Positions 25,822-40,008 of a stretch of 64,000 nt of DNA are shown in pieces; the stretch's first letter is position 1; each line of letters opens with the position of its first letter. The position numbers and the translations under genes were made by a program. This DNA is from Babesia bigemina (taxonomy: Eukaryota), in the NCBI RefSeq assembly GCF_000981445.1, contig NC_027218.1:496001-560000 (forward strand). Direction: 5' to 3'. The notes below the pieces were generated by a model. That model was not told the DNA's origin. It worked only from the letters and a program-made list of their open reading frames with translations, and did no database searches.

Positions 25822-27204
25822 CTATCTTCCCAAGAGCGTTCCTAACATGATTCTGGTGTTCCACATTGAATGTATCGCGATGTTGACGAATACGTTATTG
25901 GTGCCTTGCTCGATGAGCGACCAGAGGATACCGAGGCCGAACAGCTGCAGAAGGCTTCGGGGATTCATGTGATGAGCAGCGAAAATGAAAGCTGAAAGTA
26001 CCGTTGCCATTCGCCTCGGTAGTTTAACATTTAGCGCTTTGAAAGTGAATATGCGATATAGCATCTCTTCCCACCAGGGTGCCGTCAAACACGGCCCCAA
26101 CGAAGCGATAATGGCGGGGAATAGTTCAGAAGGCTCTATTAAAACCCCTTCCATCATTTCGTCGTCTACGTCGGTCTCATTGGGTGCGAGTTTCTTTTTG
26201 AGTGCCTGTGCTGCATTGAATACCACGTCGGTGATGTTGTATATCGTGCAAGACACAAAGTACCCAGCCAATGCCTTGTAAACCCAGAGATCCTTAGGAT
26301 TCATCGCGAACCACTCCGTATTTGTACCTTTTAGAGGCATGATATGGCTAAGCATTTTGGCTCCAACGAGTACCCAGCTTAGGTGGCTTATTAGTATCCG
26401 CGCAGACCGCTGAAGTGCCACGCTTATCGGGAAATCCATCGCAGAGAATAGTAGCATGCCATTGTCGACTGCCTGCGCTGTATATCCTGATAGATAAAAG
26501 CTCCCTAGTAGTCCGGCCGCGACTAGCGGTATGGTAAACTTCTGGCGTAAGTTCAATGTTACTTTCGGAACTGGCTTTTGCATCGAAATCCAAAGATAGT
26601 ACCCAGAGACGATAGACGTAATCGTATCTAGGCCAACGTCCACTCCAAGGCCCGAGTTTACCGGGATGATCTGGTACGGGAAGAGTATATGGAAATTGGG
26701 CAGGTAAAACGCATATATGATCTCCCCTAGAATTGCCAAACCTATTTGCTCCTTTGTAGACAATGCGCTCATACGATTTATCGCAGATGCAGCCACATGC
26801 TTAAGTTGTTTACACAAGGTACTCTCCTTTAGCTTTTGGAGTGCCCGATCAACATGGTGGCAAATAATTTTTGATACAGCCTTTCTTCTTTCAGACAGTA
26901 CATCATATAAACCTACATCATTACTGATAGCGCACAGATGTGATTCGCTTTTACGAGTTGTGATGCGATCATTTTTTTGAGGCATTTGGCTCCCATGCGT
27001 CCTTCCGTTTCTTCTGGATTCCACTGGCACCAGCGCAGTGTTGAGGAACGCTGGCTGGTATCTGGAGACACATCGTTCGACACCTTGACCTCCACCAAGC
27101 ACACATTTTGCCGTTCGCGTGGTACTGAGGCTGTCACAGACGGCAACAAAGTACCATATGAGGGATAGATAGACGCCTAGGTGCCTCCATCTTGAAATCG
27201 ACAT
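25822..27204 (-). CDS. CPBP/Abi family (type II CAAX) intramembrane protease, probably apicoplast-targeted
   Basis: Motifs EEMLYR, FAAHH and HSMWN; multiple TM segments; signal peptide followed by a basic transit-like region. Confidence 0.9.
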   Translation of the reverse strand: MSISRWRHLGVYLSLIWYFVAVCDSLSTTRTAKCVLGGGQGVERCVSRYQPAFLNTALVPVESRRNGRTHGSQMPQKNDRITTRKSESHLCAISNDVGLYDVLSERRKAVSKIICHHVDRALQKLKESTLCKQLKHVAASAINRMSALSTKEQIGLAILGEIIYAFYLPNFHILFPYQIIPVNSGLGVDVGLDTITSIVSGYYLWISMQKPVPKVTLNLRQKFTIPLVAAGLLGSFYLSGYTAQAVDNGMLLFSAMDFPISVALQRSARILISHLSWVLVGAKMLSHIMPLKGTNTEWFAMNPKDLWVYKALAGYFVSCTIYNITDVVFNAAQALKKKLAPNETDVDDEMMEGVLIEPSELFPAIIASLGPCLTAPWWEEMLYRIFTFKALNVKLPRRMATVLSAFIFAAHHMNPRSLLQLFGLGILWSLIEQGTNNVFVNIAIHSMWNTRIMLGTLLGR

Positions 27205-27577
27205 TATTTTATACCATCACATGGTGTATTACCCATGATATCACGCACATATCACTAAATCTTCTTTTGGGAATCATTACAGTACTCATTCCTAGAACAT
27301 TTTTGGCTTGCGCGTTAATTGTCTTTCAGAACCTTCTACATGTGTTAGCTGTTGTAGAGCTAGTACGCACCTTTCATATGCATTCTACTGTTTTATAATT
27401 TATCGAAATGCGAGGTACGGGAGTATCTGCTCTTGTACTTTCGTCGTTGTGTAACTTAAACTTCAAGTGATGTGTAGGTAGCTGATTCTATCGCAGTCAT
27501 CATTACAACGATGAATGATACACATGAGTTTAAATATGTATACAATTACTCTATATTCAATCCTATTTGCCATAACA

Positions 27578-29688
27578 ATGTCGTCGATTCTGCGCGTGAT
27601 GCTACAACATTTCTGGGTAGGTTGCGTAATAGATTGTTCCTTCACGACACTCAGAACGCTCTCTAAGAGAGCTTAGGGACGTTTTGGATGCCGCTGACAA
27701 TGTCACATCTGGAAGTGAAGAATCAATAGCGAAGCTTAGTAACATTTTTTCCACCTTCGTTTGTCTAATCTTCCCCCCTCACACCCCTTTTGTAATCTAT
27801 GATGAGGAGCAAGAGCGCTCCAGATTGCGACTGCTTACTCACGAGCTTGCGAGGTATTGGTTTCGACTGGCCGAACTTATGATGCTTCAGGACGTTCCTT
27901 AATGTTATACACAAACTGAAGGATTCCTCCGTTGCTCCATCACTTGGGTTTGATTTTTGTTCTGTCCGTCACAATGACGCAGACTGTGCGACTCGAAGTT
28001 CATGGTTAACGTTCTTAATCTCTATTGGCGCAACAATGAAGAAATTGCTTGTGATATAGCTTCGTCGTGCAAGCTGGTTAATTCCAGTTTCTCACATGAT
28101 CTGGCAGAGTTGGTTAAATCGTTGTTGGAGGTATTTTTCAAGTTATATAACATATATGGTTTCAGAGCCTACAGAAAGAATGCGACCATCTACACTTTAT
28201 TCTGTCTAGTTTAAAACAGGGCATGAAGTTCGAGTCTTCTCGCAGCGTGGAAAGCGATGGCGTGTTTGCAGTCCGAAGTGAAGCGTCTCCTTTCAATAGA
28301 AATGCGTTGTTCGTTGACAAGGAAACGGTGATTTCCGATATATTGTCATATTTAGAGACGATTTTGCACTATATCGATAAGGAGGAGTACAACTACGTGC
28401 TGTCCATAAGCTTGACCACGGCCGAAGAGGACTCTTGCCTGTTAGCGGCCCTCACCAATTCGTATTATCTGTCATCGGCCATCTACGATCATATTTTATC
28501 GCAACGCACTCCATTGTACAAACAGGAGGTGAGTAGATTTTGGCATGTATCCCATGGTTGCAGTCCATTTCCGACGGCTATGAAACTCAGTTTCAGACCT
28601 GCCTTTTCTACCGCTGCAAGATGCAGGCGCTACGTTGCATCCTTGAGGCAGTCAAATACAACGTCGTGGTTCGTCCTCTTGAGTCCGCCGATTACTGTTA
28701 CAATTGGCTGTTAGTATTTACTCAGGTGAATCATTTGTGGTATGTTAAAAATCCGTTCAGATTGGTGGAGATGAATACAACTTCGATCGCAAAATGATTA
28801 TGGATGACTTGCGTGATGTCAAGTTTCACGAGTATGCCGATGAGTGGAACTCCATCAGCGGGACGTGGTATATTTTTCATAATAGAGCGCGTCATATTAC
28901 TAAGGCTTCCTGCTGAATTAAATCAGCTGAAATCAATGGTCCCCCTTGATACCACCGAAACAGTAAGCATAGTTTTATGTTGTTACACGTTTTCAGCCGG
29001 CCGAGAATGCGGAAGCTATTGAGTTGGTCATTATGTCTTTTGTACACAACTTCGTAGCCAAATCAGGGAGATTACTGGGATCACCGACGTTGCAATCATT
29101 CGCGAACATTTAATAAAGCACGATTTTGACGTGTCCAACGCGATAATGGACTTAGTGAATAGGCCAGGTGGGTCCACGCTTATGGCATTACTAGCATGTT
29201 AGTGACGGAGGCACCGAGTCGCCCGGTGAATAAAACTCCGATGAAGCCCATTGTGGATGCAAACATGTCGACGTATTTTGTGCCCAAGGAAACAAGGCAA
29301 GCAGTTCTGAACTATTGGTTTGTGTTATTCGTACTGTTGATATATGTGAAGGGACTATGTGAATCGCCCGGCGGTTTATGATGATGATTACGACGACGAA
29401 GCGGACTTCGAAGATCTCATCCCAATTAAGGCCAAAGTCATATACGACGAAATCATCGACTCGTCCGACGATTCTTCTGAAAGTGCAGAGTCCGATCGTG
29501 AGCCACGGAACCAGAGCGGTACTTCATCTGGGCAAAACGCCGCCGCGACTTCCGAACCTAAGAGTAGGCAAGCCGAAAATAGGCCTCGCGATGCCGCGCC
29601 TCATCGTGGGAGAGGTTCGAGAGGGAGCAATCGGCGCCAAAACTTTAACCGGAAGCGCAACACAATAAATTTGGATGCGTTTGGATGA
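27578..29688 (+). CDS. Multi-exon protein, ASCC2/CUE-domain-like
   Basis: Chain of short exons with a CUE-like piece (IIREHLIKHDFDVSNAIMDL), YDDDYDDE and a basic C-terminus (RGRGSRGSNRRQNFNRKR), the arrangement seen in ASCC2. Confidence 0.5.
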
Positions 29689-30244
29689 GGTGCTTGGGTT
29701 TTATGCACCCACTTGCTAGTTCTGTCTATCGCCGCAGGCTACAATTTGAGCCATCCAGTGACTTCGGAGCACATACGAATGAAGAAACATCGTTATATAG
29801 TTTAAGAGCTATCTCGCTTATTTGCGTGTCGTGGCGTCCTGTCTCGTGAGTGCAAGGCAATGCAGTGAAAAAATAGCACCGACTTATCTCTTTAGATACG
29901 TATGGTGTTACTATATACCTATATGACCCGACATGTGGCTGTTTTTAACTTCAAATGCGATAAAGGGCTTCAGCGCTATATACATGGGTCAAAGCAACAA
30001 CTAATTGAATCGCTGTCACCCCTTTATGCCATACAGATTGTAATTATTGAAATAGGTGAATATCACATTACACCATAACATGTTAAGCATCAATACTGCG
30101 TCGCTGTAGCTGCACATTTTAGTGTAACGAAACGATTGAGGGGTCGACCCAAGTTCTTACCCGTGCTTGCAGCTAAGGACGACATTAACGGTACACATAA
30201 CCATTAGTAACCATTAACAGCATACACATCACATATAAGCTCAA

Positions 30245-31857
<1,613 letters not shown>

Positions 31858-32080
31858 CGCCTCTCAAATGTAGAACAAAAGGTGATAGGATACCATAAGG
31901 CATTGCGACTACCGATATATAGGCGTAATAGGGCGCCCCAATGCGACGAACTTTCGACAGGTTTCTGTGTCTTATGAAATTTAAAGTTTATGTTTTGTTT
32001 CTCAGTCATTTCCTTAGATGTTAAAATGCCCACATATTAGCGAGCAGAGGGGTGTATGAATGGACGGTGTTCGAGTAGAG

Positions 32081-33015
32081 TCATCTCTTCCTCCACTTCC
32101 TCAAAGACCTGGCACCGGTTCTCCCGGGCATCTTTGGCATTTTTTGCCTGGTGTCTTCGTATAGTGCCGCTGCAAGGTCTGTACTCATTGCTACTTTCAC
32201 CCACCTTCAAGTGCATATTTGACAGAGGGATTTGCACTGACTAGGGCCCGTGCAAGGGCAAGCCTCGCTGATCGGGACTGACCCGTAATGCCGCCTCCTC
32301 TCGTTTCTATAAAAACGTCATACACTCCACAGCATCCTGCTAAATACAGCGGTTCTAACACGTCCATTCTGCGGGCATTTTCAAGAGGTGGCGACGATTC
32401 CCACCTGTTATAAAAAATCGGCCAGCGTTTATACAGGTCCTCTTCGCCGTTGACTTTTACAATTCCTCTACCCCGTTGTATTATAAGATGGGTTGTAGAG
32501 CGCATACACGTCCCAAATCCATCTGCTCGTACTTTCCACCTTTCTCCTTGGTTCCAGAAGAACTAGTGGAATGTTAGAAACTTATCCATGCACTTACATT
32601 AGTGGACCCGGGGTTAGTCTTTTCTGCTAGAATATGATCAATTTGCGAGATCTCGGGCAACTGTTGCGATGATATAATGCGATCTATTTGGGTGGATTGA
32701 TCCTTTGCCTCCTCGATGTCCTCATCGAATGTCTGACATCCACGTTTTTCGTTGAAAAAATTAGAGATGAGGAATGGCGATTTGTCCTATAACAGGTTAT
32801 GAGCCTGAATGCCAACCTTACCGGCGAGAATGGAGGCGAAGCAACTATGAGTTTCTGGATTTCGGCTTTTGTTGCAAATCCAGCGTCCTTCGCCAGGTAC
32901 AATGCCTGTGTGTTTTGGCAGTTGCAATCTAGCGACTTTGGCTAACCTCATCAATGGACAAAACCTTCTTGTTTTGGCCAATTGCGTGGGCAAACAATCT
33001 CGTGATCCGTAACAT
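32081..33015 (-). CDS. Mitochondrial ribosomal protein uS9, multi-exon
   Basis: GRGIVKVNG, GGGITGQSRSARLALARAL; last exon DTRQKMPKMPGRTGARSLRKWRKR*; basic N-terminal presequence. Confidence 0.88.
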
Positions 33016-33147
33016 TTCTACTTCTGTGGTTGTCGCGGTTGGCTCACGCCGCGTGATTTGTGTGTATACTACCGCTACACCCTATCCATAATTAAAGCCC
33101 ATGTCATAATACTACTAAATAAAGGGACCGTTCACCTAGGAATACAC

Positions 33148-34062
33148 TCATGCGCACTTGTTGAGGGGTGCGGCCATGGGTCCGAGAACGGGCACTTCCT
33201 GGCATTTGTCAGAAACTATGTTTCTGTTTGCGGCGACACGGGTGGTGCTGCCTAGGTTGAAGGTGTTTGGAGTAGGCGCGGTTGTGGTGCATCTTGTTGC
33301 TTTATCTTTCAGCGTCCTGGCGATTGACTCGAACGCCTGCTCAATGTTGCATGAACGCGACCGTGTTCGTACCTTTTCAACATTTTGCGCCGTCTTGGCT
33401 GATGCCTCAATGTAGTCCATATTATGCTGCGTAGCAAATTCACGCGCCTCGTCGGTAGTGACTGCGCGCTGGTCCTCTAGATCGATTTTGTTTCCAATAA
33501 GGATTTTGGTGATGTTGGCGTTCGAGTATCTGCACAGGTCATGTGGTGCGACGATTTGAGGTTACTTTACGATATATAGACAATCTGCCGATACTACATG
33601 TACGACACCCACTTAATGCCACAATATCACTCGATATGGCTGTATATGGCCCAACGCATGGTACGTACTTTTCAATATCAGTGAGCCAGGTCTTCTTGAC
33701 ACTCTCGAAGGAAACTCGACTCGTGACATCGTATACCGTGATGATGCCGTGAGCTCCACGGTAGTAGGTCGACGTAATGGTCCTGAATCGCTCCTGCCCT
33801 GCCGTGTCCCACTGTGCCCATTAGAGTTTAGAATGCGGTTGCTTACGATTTGCAGTTTGATTGTGGCATTGTCGATTTTGACAGTTTTGATTTTGAAATC
33901 AACGCCTATGGTGCTCATGTACGACTCGCTGTAAGTGTCATCCTGCATAGCGATATGGCGATGTGTACTTGGACTTACAGCGAAGCGAAGGAGCAGGGAG
34001 GACTTCCCTGCGCCACTATCACCAATGATGATAATTTTGAACAAATGATCGTACTCCTTCAT
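33148..34062 (-). CDS. Rab1: Rab1 family small GTPase, multi-exon
   Basis: [40 protein letters not shown] and EASAK. Confidence 0.95.
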
Positions 34063-34189
34063 TTTTGTTAAAGAACAAAATTTTGTGACGTTAGGGAGCT
34101 TCGAGTTGTCGGGAAGGGCACCTCACTGTTGTGTCAGTATCACCGGCTAACAACGTCCAATAGGAGGCATTTAACAACTGCTGTGAGCA

Positions 34190-35696
34190 ATGGTAAAATT
34201 ACGGTGCCTGAGGCGCGCCTCCGGGGTATGAAATCGGCATCTCATATTCTCCAGGTCCTCGCGGGTCGGGGCAGCGGATCGCGGTCGTCAACATGTGCAA
34301 GCGCGGTATGCGATCCATCACTACACCAGCAGCGGTTCTCGTGCCGCGACATTGAGTATTTGTTGGAGTTGACTCCGGTCAGCGCTCTCCTGCATTCGCA
34401 CGCCAAGGTGGTTCCTCGTTGCCTTAATCTGTTATTTATTTTACATCAGGTTCTGGTTGTAGAATCCGCGCTGCCGTTGTACGCATGTTTAAAGGCTATG
34501 TCCGAATATGGTAGATGCGTTAGATAGCGTTTAAAGGTGTTTCAGAGCAGGAGTTTGCGCTTGTGTACGATTCGTGCTCTCTGGAATTCTTAGGTTATTT
34601 TGACGAGTTGATGTTTCTGCATCTGTTGTTATCGGGGGATTTTTCGTGCATTAGTTGTTCGGGAGGGGAATACTTACGAAATCATGGTAAACACACGTTC
34701 TGCAAGGTAGAGGAGGACTGTTCCGCTAGAGATGCATTGCCATGTATGTTAAATCAAAGGTGGGTGTCTTTTTAAATTGTCAAATGCACGGAGTATTGAA
34801 TTTATCGTGTGACACTGTAATTCTTTAGTAGCGTGTTATATCGTGCGTATTTTTGTTTGCTCCTGTGAGACTGCGGCATGTCCTGCTGCCATGCACGGGT
34901 AGTTGTCCTTAACCTGTGCTGTGTTTTCCGGCCATACTTTCGTTCTGCAGTGTAGTTTATGGTTTGCGTTTGAATTTGTTGAAATTTGGAACAATTTATC
35001 CGCAGTCCTCAGCGCCTGTGCGTTTGGTCGCACAAAAGGGCTGCTCCTATGGGCTTCGTGACTGCGAGGTGCTACCTGGGCTACATCACTAAACACCTTC
35101 GTGGCTGTCGCGAGCGCGGAGGAAGGAAGCTGGAGGATGTGCTCTCCTCGGAAGAATGCACACCAGTCACTGAGGACAGCTCGCTTCGCGAAGTAGGTGT
35201 CATCCGTCTGCTCTCATTAGGCGCAGATAAGCGAAATCCTGCTGTGCCAAGATGAAACTACCGTGTTGGGTTCCGACGGTGTGTTGTTGTCTCGTAAGGC
35301 GTTGTTATGTGCGACAGGTTGCGTTATCGGTATTTTGAACCGCGGAATGATCGTACGATACGTATTGGCATTGTTGCGGAACAAGGTAACACCTTCCCAT
35401 GTCTAGGCGATAATTTTTAACAGGAACAAGTCAAACTATCGACGCCCATGAGTGTTATTTTGAGTCACTTCAGCGCTCTGCCAAACCCGCGCCACGTGCT
35501 CCCTAAGGTACTTTGCGGAATCAACTGAACCCATTAAGCGTTTCAGGTGAAGGATAGCTCTTCACTATTGGAAGCATTGCCAGAGCTGCTTGCGTCTAAG
35601 AATGGCGCTATCTTAAGTATCGACTGTCCTTCCGGCGGTCATCGCGTGCTGACTGTCTGGGATGTGTTGCGGCACATGTTGTACCAATTGGTATGA
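34190..35696 (+). CDS. Divergent CBS-domain protein, AMPK gamma/SNF4-like, multi-exon
   Basis: Exon pieces: LLHSHAKVLVVESALPLYACLKAM; LVYDSCSLEFLGYFDELMFLHLL; QRLCVWSHK..MGFVTARCYLGYI; TPVTEDSSLRE..VIGILNRGMIVRY; VKDSSSLLEALPELL..RVLTVWDVLRHM. These form four CBS-like units. Start is uncertain. Confidence 0.65.
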
Positions 35697-35729
35697 TTCT
35701 AACCCATGTATATTTAGTATAAAAATGCA

Positions 35730-36787
35730 ATGATTACTGCATTGTACATATGTTTCCTGCGTTTGTTCTGCGTTGTACTGTGTTCCGGCGTACGTGATGT
35801 GAAGGTAGAGGAACACGAGGGCCGCGGCAAGTCCGCTGTGGTCCGCGGCGGCGTGACAATCCCGCTGCTTACTATTGCGCGCGACGAGGGGGAGGGCTCG
35901 CTGATTCAGTTTGAGGGCAATTCCTCCTACACCCTCGGTGTGGATTCCCTGGGCAACTTTGCTATAAGCGCCGGCGACCAGCCCATGCTCGTCATAAGCA
36001 ATGAGCAGAATATATCGTTTCACATGGACAATCTGTCAGTACGGTTTGTTTGGCACAGGTTTGCATCAGATGTGTGACAGTTCCGTCGACTTCGGTGGTG
36101 ACCTAGTCGTGGAAGGTGTATCGCAATTTAAAATGATTTGGCGTGAATCGTTTGTCGATGCGCGGGGATGGAACGGCACAGGTATGCGGCGTACACTCCA
36201 GAAGTGACCATTTGTAGTTGACCAGGTTGGAGTTTCATCTTGCGCTGGGATTCCTATGCTCGGTGGCTTCAAGTTGTTCGGAAGGGTACGTTTTTCGAAC
36301 GGTTTCCGTTAATTGCATTCAGGGTTGGGTGCAGAAAACATTCATTGAGTTACCAGTGCACCGTGAATTGCGGATAAAGGCATCATTTCACTTCCTTGAC
36401 CAATGGGTAATGTTAGGATGGCATGCATTTCAGACGTCGCTGCAGGCAGGAGAGAGTGGGTACATGAAGCTGAACACGTCATCGTCTGCACCGCTGGAAT
36501 ATGTTTGGACAGATATTCACGCTGAACATTCCACTACGGGCATAAACATTTGCGGAGGTTCAAAATGGCTCTTTTACGGCTCATTAGTTTTCAGGTGAGA
36601 CTCCTGACTCCAAATTCGCCGTGCCAATTGAGGTTACGATACCTCACAGCTCCGAACGCTTTACAATAGGTTCGTGCTTCGATAGGTGTTTACAGTTCAT
36701 CTTGTCACAGAGTTTGGCAGTACGTTGGAAGGCGACGCCGTTCAGCAGTCCTGGGGCGTTTCTGGCCTGGAGATATACGTGCGCTAA
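35730..36787 (+). CDS. Secreted beta-rich protein, multi-exon
   Basis: Signal peptide. Spliced C-terminal domain LPVHRELRIKASFHFLDQW..NICGG..IEVTIPH..FGSTLE..SWGVSGLEIYVR*. Confidence 0.7.
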
Positions 36788-37131
36788 ACACATATAGACA
36801 TGTGACATTGTATTTAACACACTCAAGAAATAGCACAAATGGTGCGTTTGTCTCTTCCCACCTAGGAATGGTCTTCATTGGATTGCTACGAGGCACCCGT
36901 TATGGATTGCATATTTCATTCAATGCACGTATAAATCCATCACACTATTCGTCGTTGCTTTCAGCTGTGAGTATGCTGCGACAACAGTGTCCACAGCGAT
37001 TCGCATGTTGTAGGCTGCAGGGCTTTGGCTTAATACGGCTTGCCATGCTACACTGTCCGAGTGCAGAGCTTTGTTGCGATAAATTATCTATACTTTTGAT
37101 GTTTCACTATATGGGCACCTATATGCGCGGT

Positions 37132-38161
37132 TTAGTTCAACGGTTCTATCCTGAACTTTTTCGTGCCTGCTCGGAGTCTGCTTCCGATATTTTCACCTGC
37201 TTTATGTGTTTGCCTGCATTTTCGCCTACCTTCTAGGATCAGGCATACTCTGCCCATGTTTTGAGGTGTCGTATACTCCACCCTCTGCGGTGGGTGAACG
37301 GCGACTGCATTCTGGTCTTACCTTCCACGCCTCTGCAATGGCGGAAGCCAGTATCGCCACCAGCGTGATGGTGGTCGCGTTTGTCGTGGCTTCGTCCTTT
37401 CCTGGCACATTCCTCAGCACCACCATGGCTTCGTTTTGAGAGAGCTCCATTAATACTCGGCGCGCTGCTACGTTATATCCCTGTACCGTGATAGTTACCT
37501 ATTCGGCGCATCGATTGGAGGTCCACCATTTCCTTGAGGTCGACTTTGATGTTACACATGGCTGAGCAAACTGTACTGGACTGCACGCGTCTCATGGTAC
37601 CTGGAATCTCTTCCATGAAGGCTATCCACATGTTTTCCTGGATGGCGGCATGTGATTCCCTTGCTGTCTACCTACCTCCCTACTCCACAGCGAGACATCC
37701 AATTCCATCGTGTTTGATGGATTGAACTCCAAGAGTACTTGCAACGTTGAGATTGCGGTGCCAATCTGTCCGATGTGTGTACTGTGTGCCTGTTCTCACC
37801 TGGCAGCTAAACAGCCACGGCGGCGAAAGCGCCGATTCTTCCTCTAGTGTATACACCACATCTGTGAGTTGCTCAGCATGGCTTTTGGCGCCATCAACTA
37901 ACCTGGCGGCTTGAATTCGTCAGCAGTCGCGTCCTGCTTGGAACCAGCGGCCTGCGCTCCGGCAATGTACTGCTCAAGGTTCACAATCCTGCGCTCTAGC
38001 CTCAGGTTTTCTAAAAATAATTAACCATATTCAGGTGTGTTACCTCTTTCGAGGTGTTGCAGGTTCTCATTGAGCTCTTTGACAATAGTGAGCAACGGAT
38101 CGTATTTTGAGACTATGAATGCCCCGAGATCCGGGCACGTAGTATGTGTGTCGTGTGCCAT
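37132..38161 (-). CDS. Hypothetical multi-exon protein with N-terminal coiled coil
   Basis: About 8 exons joined in frame by short GT-AG introns: MAHDTH..ELNENLQHLERENLRLERRIVNLEQ..NMGRVCLILEGENIGSRL..EPLN*. Confidence 0.6.
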
Positions 38162-38170
38162 TAAATTCTG

Positions 38171-39115
38171 TTACTGGTTCTGTGCGCGTATTTCGTTTTT
38201 GAGTTGTTTGAGATCTTCAATGAACCTGTCCTTCAATATAGGGTCTGGGAACTGGATGGCGACAGAGTCTGTGAAGTTTGCTGCGTTTAGGACGATAGTG
38301 TTGTCGAGCCTGATGCCTTTGTCGGCTTCTATTTGCCTTTCGAACTCCTCAGCTATGATGGTCGTGTTGGTAACCAGCCTGCTGATGAGTTTGATTGGGA
38401 AGAACCTGTTGATGTCGTTTCTGCTCAAGTATATGACTTGCATCTCGTAGTCGATCGACAGCATGACTAGAGTCGGACTTTCCCTGGATTTGGTGTAGAA
38501 CAGGGTGGGTACGCCTCCGTTCTTAAAGACGTCCGGGCTATTGCAATCAATGTGCATTGGCCCTCCTATCATGTTAAGCTTCTCGGTCGCAGCGAGTTGC
38601 TTAGCCTTCATTTCTTCTGTCATCTCACCGGTTTCTCCTTCCGCAATAAGCGCCGATTGCGCTCCTGTCATTTGGATCTCGCCCTGTCCTTCGCCATCTT
38701 GTTTCTCCACGTCGCCGGCCCTTTGCTCTGCGTTCTCCCGCGGGGTGCCGACACCTACGTCAACAGAGTTATCCTGCTGAAAAGAGGTTTGTACGCCGGT
38801 TTCACTAACGCCGGTCATAAGGCGCTTGCTGTACACTTCGTAAAACAGTTGCGCATCGTCAACAGCGGCTTCCTCCTCGATCGTAAGCGAGGCGTCACCC
38901 GTGTAGAGCTCCGAGTTTGGCTTGAGTTTCGAGTATTCCTCGTCGGAAATAAAGCATGTGTTTTCACAGCATTGTTTCATGTCCTCGAAACTCGGGACGT
39001 CGAGGTTGACGTCCTTCAGAAACTCGGGTGCTTCATCGCTGCCAACGCGGCGGTAGTGCCCTTGCGGCAGCCTAATGACGCGGGTAACTGGTCCGTTATT
39101 ATTTTCCATCGACAT
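38171..39115 (-). CDS. Acidic protein with C-terminal PH-like (ISP-type) domain
   Basis: 314-aa ORF. The C-terminal beta-strand pattern ending in a helix (VAIQFPDPILKDRFIEDLKQLK) resembles PH folds. Confidence 0.6.
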   Translation of the reverse strand: MSMENNNGPVTRVIRLPQGHYRRVGSDEAPEFLKDVNLDVPSFEDMKQCCENTCFISDEEYSKLKPNSELYTGDASLTIEEEAAVDDAQLFYEVYSKRLMTGVSETGVQTSFQQDNSVDVGVGTPRENAEQRAGDVEKQDGEGQGEIQMTGAQSALIAEGETGEMTEEMKAKQLAATEKLNMIGGPMHIDCNSPDVFKNGGVPTLFYTKSRESPTLVMLSIDYEMQVIYLSRNDINRFFPIKLISRLVTNTTIIAEEFERQIEADKGIRLDNTIVLNAANFTDSVAIQFPDPILKDRFIEDLKQLKNEIRAQNQ

Positions 39116-39486
39116 TTTTTCCGTGAACGTTGTTCAGAAAATTTGAGTGATACGTCGCGTAGGCATGTTACGGTTCCGCGAGCGTGCAGGTAGTCGCCAA
39201 GTAACACCCGCGCATCTAAAATACCTTTTCAACTTACATGTAACGTTAGGGGGAGCTGTGAGTTGCTGCCACAGTGTGCGATCCGAAGCTGCAACTGGAT
39301 AATGCGGGCGCTCGGTGTGTAACCCCTAGGGAGTTAAACGAATGAGCCGGCAGTTTTCACGGTTAATGCGCGCATATGAGCACCGTCAGCACAGTGATCG
39401 CGCGATGTGTTCTTGACTTACGACATCTCGCCATTCCCCATGGAGCGCGTCGCTGTTGCCCAGCGACGTCGTTTAGTCACTGTTGA

Positions 39487-40008
39487 ATGATGGCCGTCTG
39501 CTATCGCACACTCCATGCCACATTATTAGCCACGCTAACATTCCATTTATTCTGTGCATCTGTTTTAATACCGTCCTCCGTAGCAACAAGTGTGCCGTTG
39601 TCTACGACATCGCCCGCAGTTCGTTTTATGGGCGTTGGTGGTATAGGTGTAGACGAGGTACGCCTGGTATGCGATAGTCACATATGCGGTGTAGCGTGTC
39701 GAGCCATACCCTGATGTGCGTGTATTCGCGTACACCCCTCGTGGATCCTTCAACCCATCCTCCGCTGTGTAAGAGCGCCTTTCTTACTCTTAACGCGTCG
39801 CAGATATAGCAATAGGATCGTTCGTGATTTGGAGCAAAGTGCGTACAGGTCCGAGGTGGGAATCCGCCTTTTAAGGTCTAAAACGTTGCAGGCGCTGGGT
39901 TTAAAGAATCGTTATTCGAGGCTGTTACAGAGGCAGGTAAATTTTCATTCGTTTTCGTTTAACTGTTCTCAGCGTCGTCAACTGGGTCGTATCGTCGGTT
40001 CGTTTTAG
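39487..40008 (+). CDS. Small signal-peptide protein, 5 exons
   Basis: Four ~36-nt GT-AG introns give a continuous frame: MMAVCY..GVDE/RVEPYPD..SSAV/YSNRIV..RSE/ALGLK..QRQ/RRQLGRIVGSF*. Confidence 0.55.
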
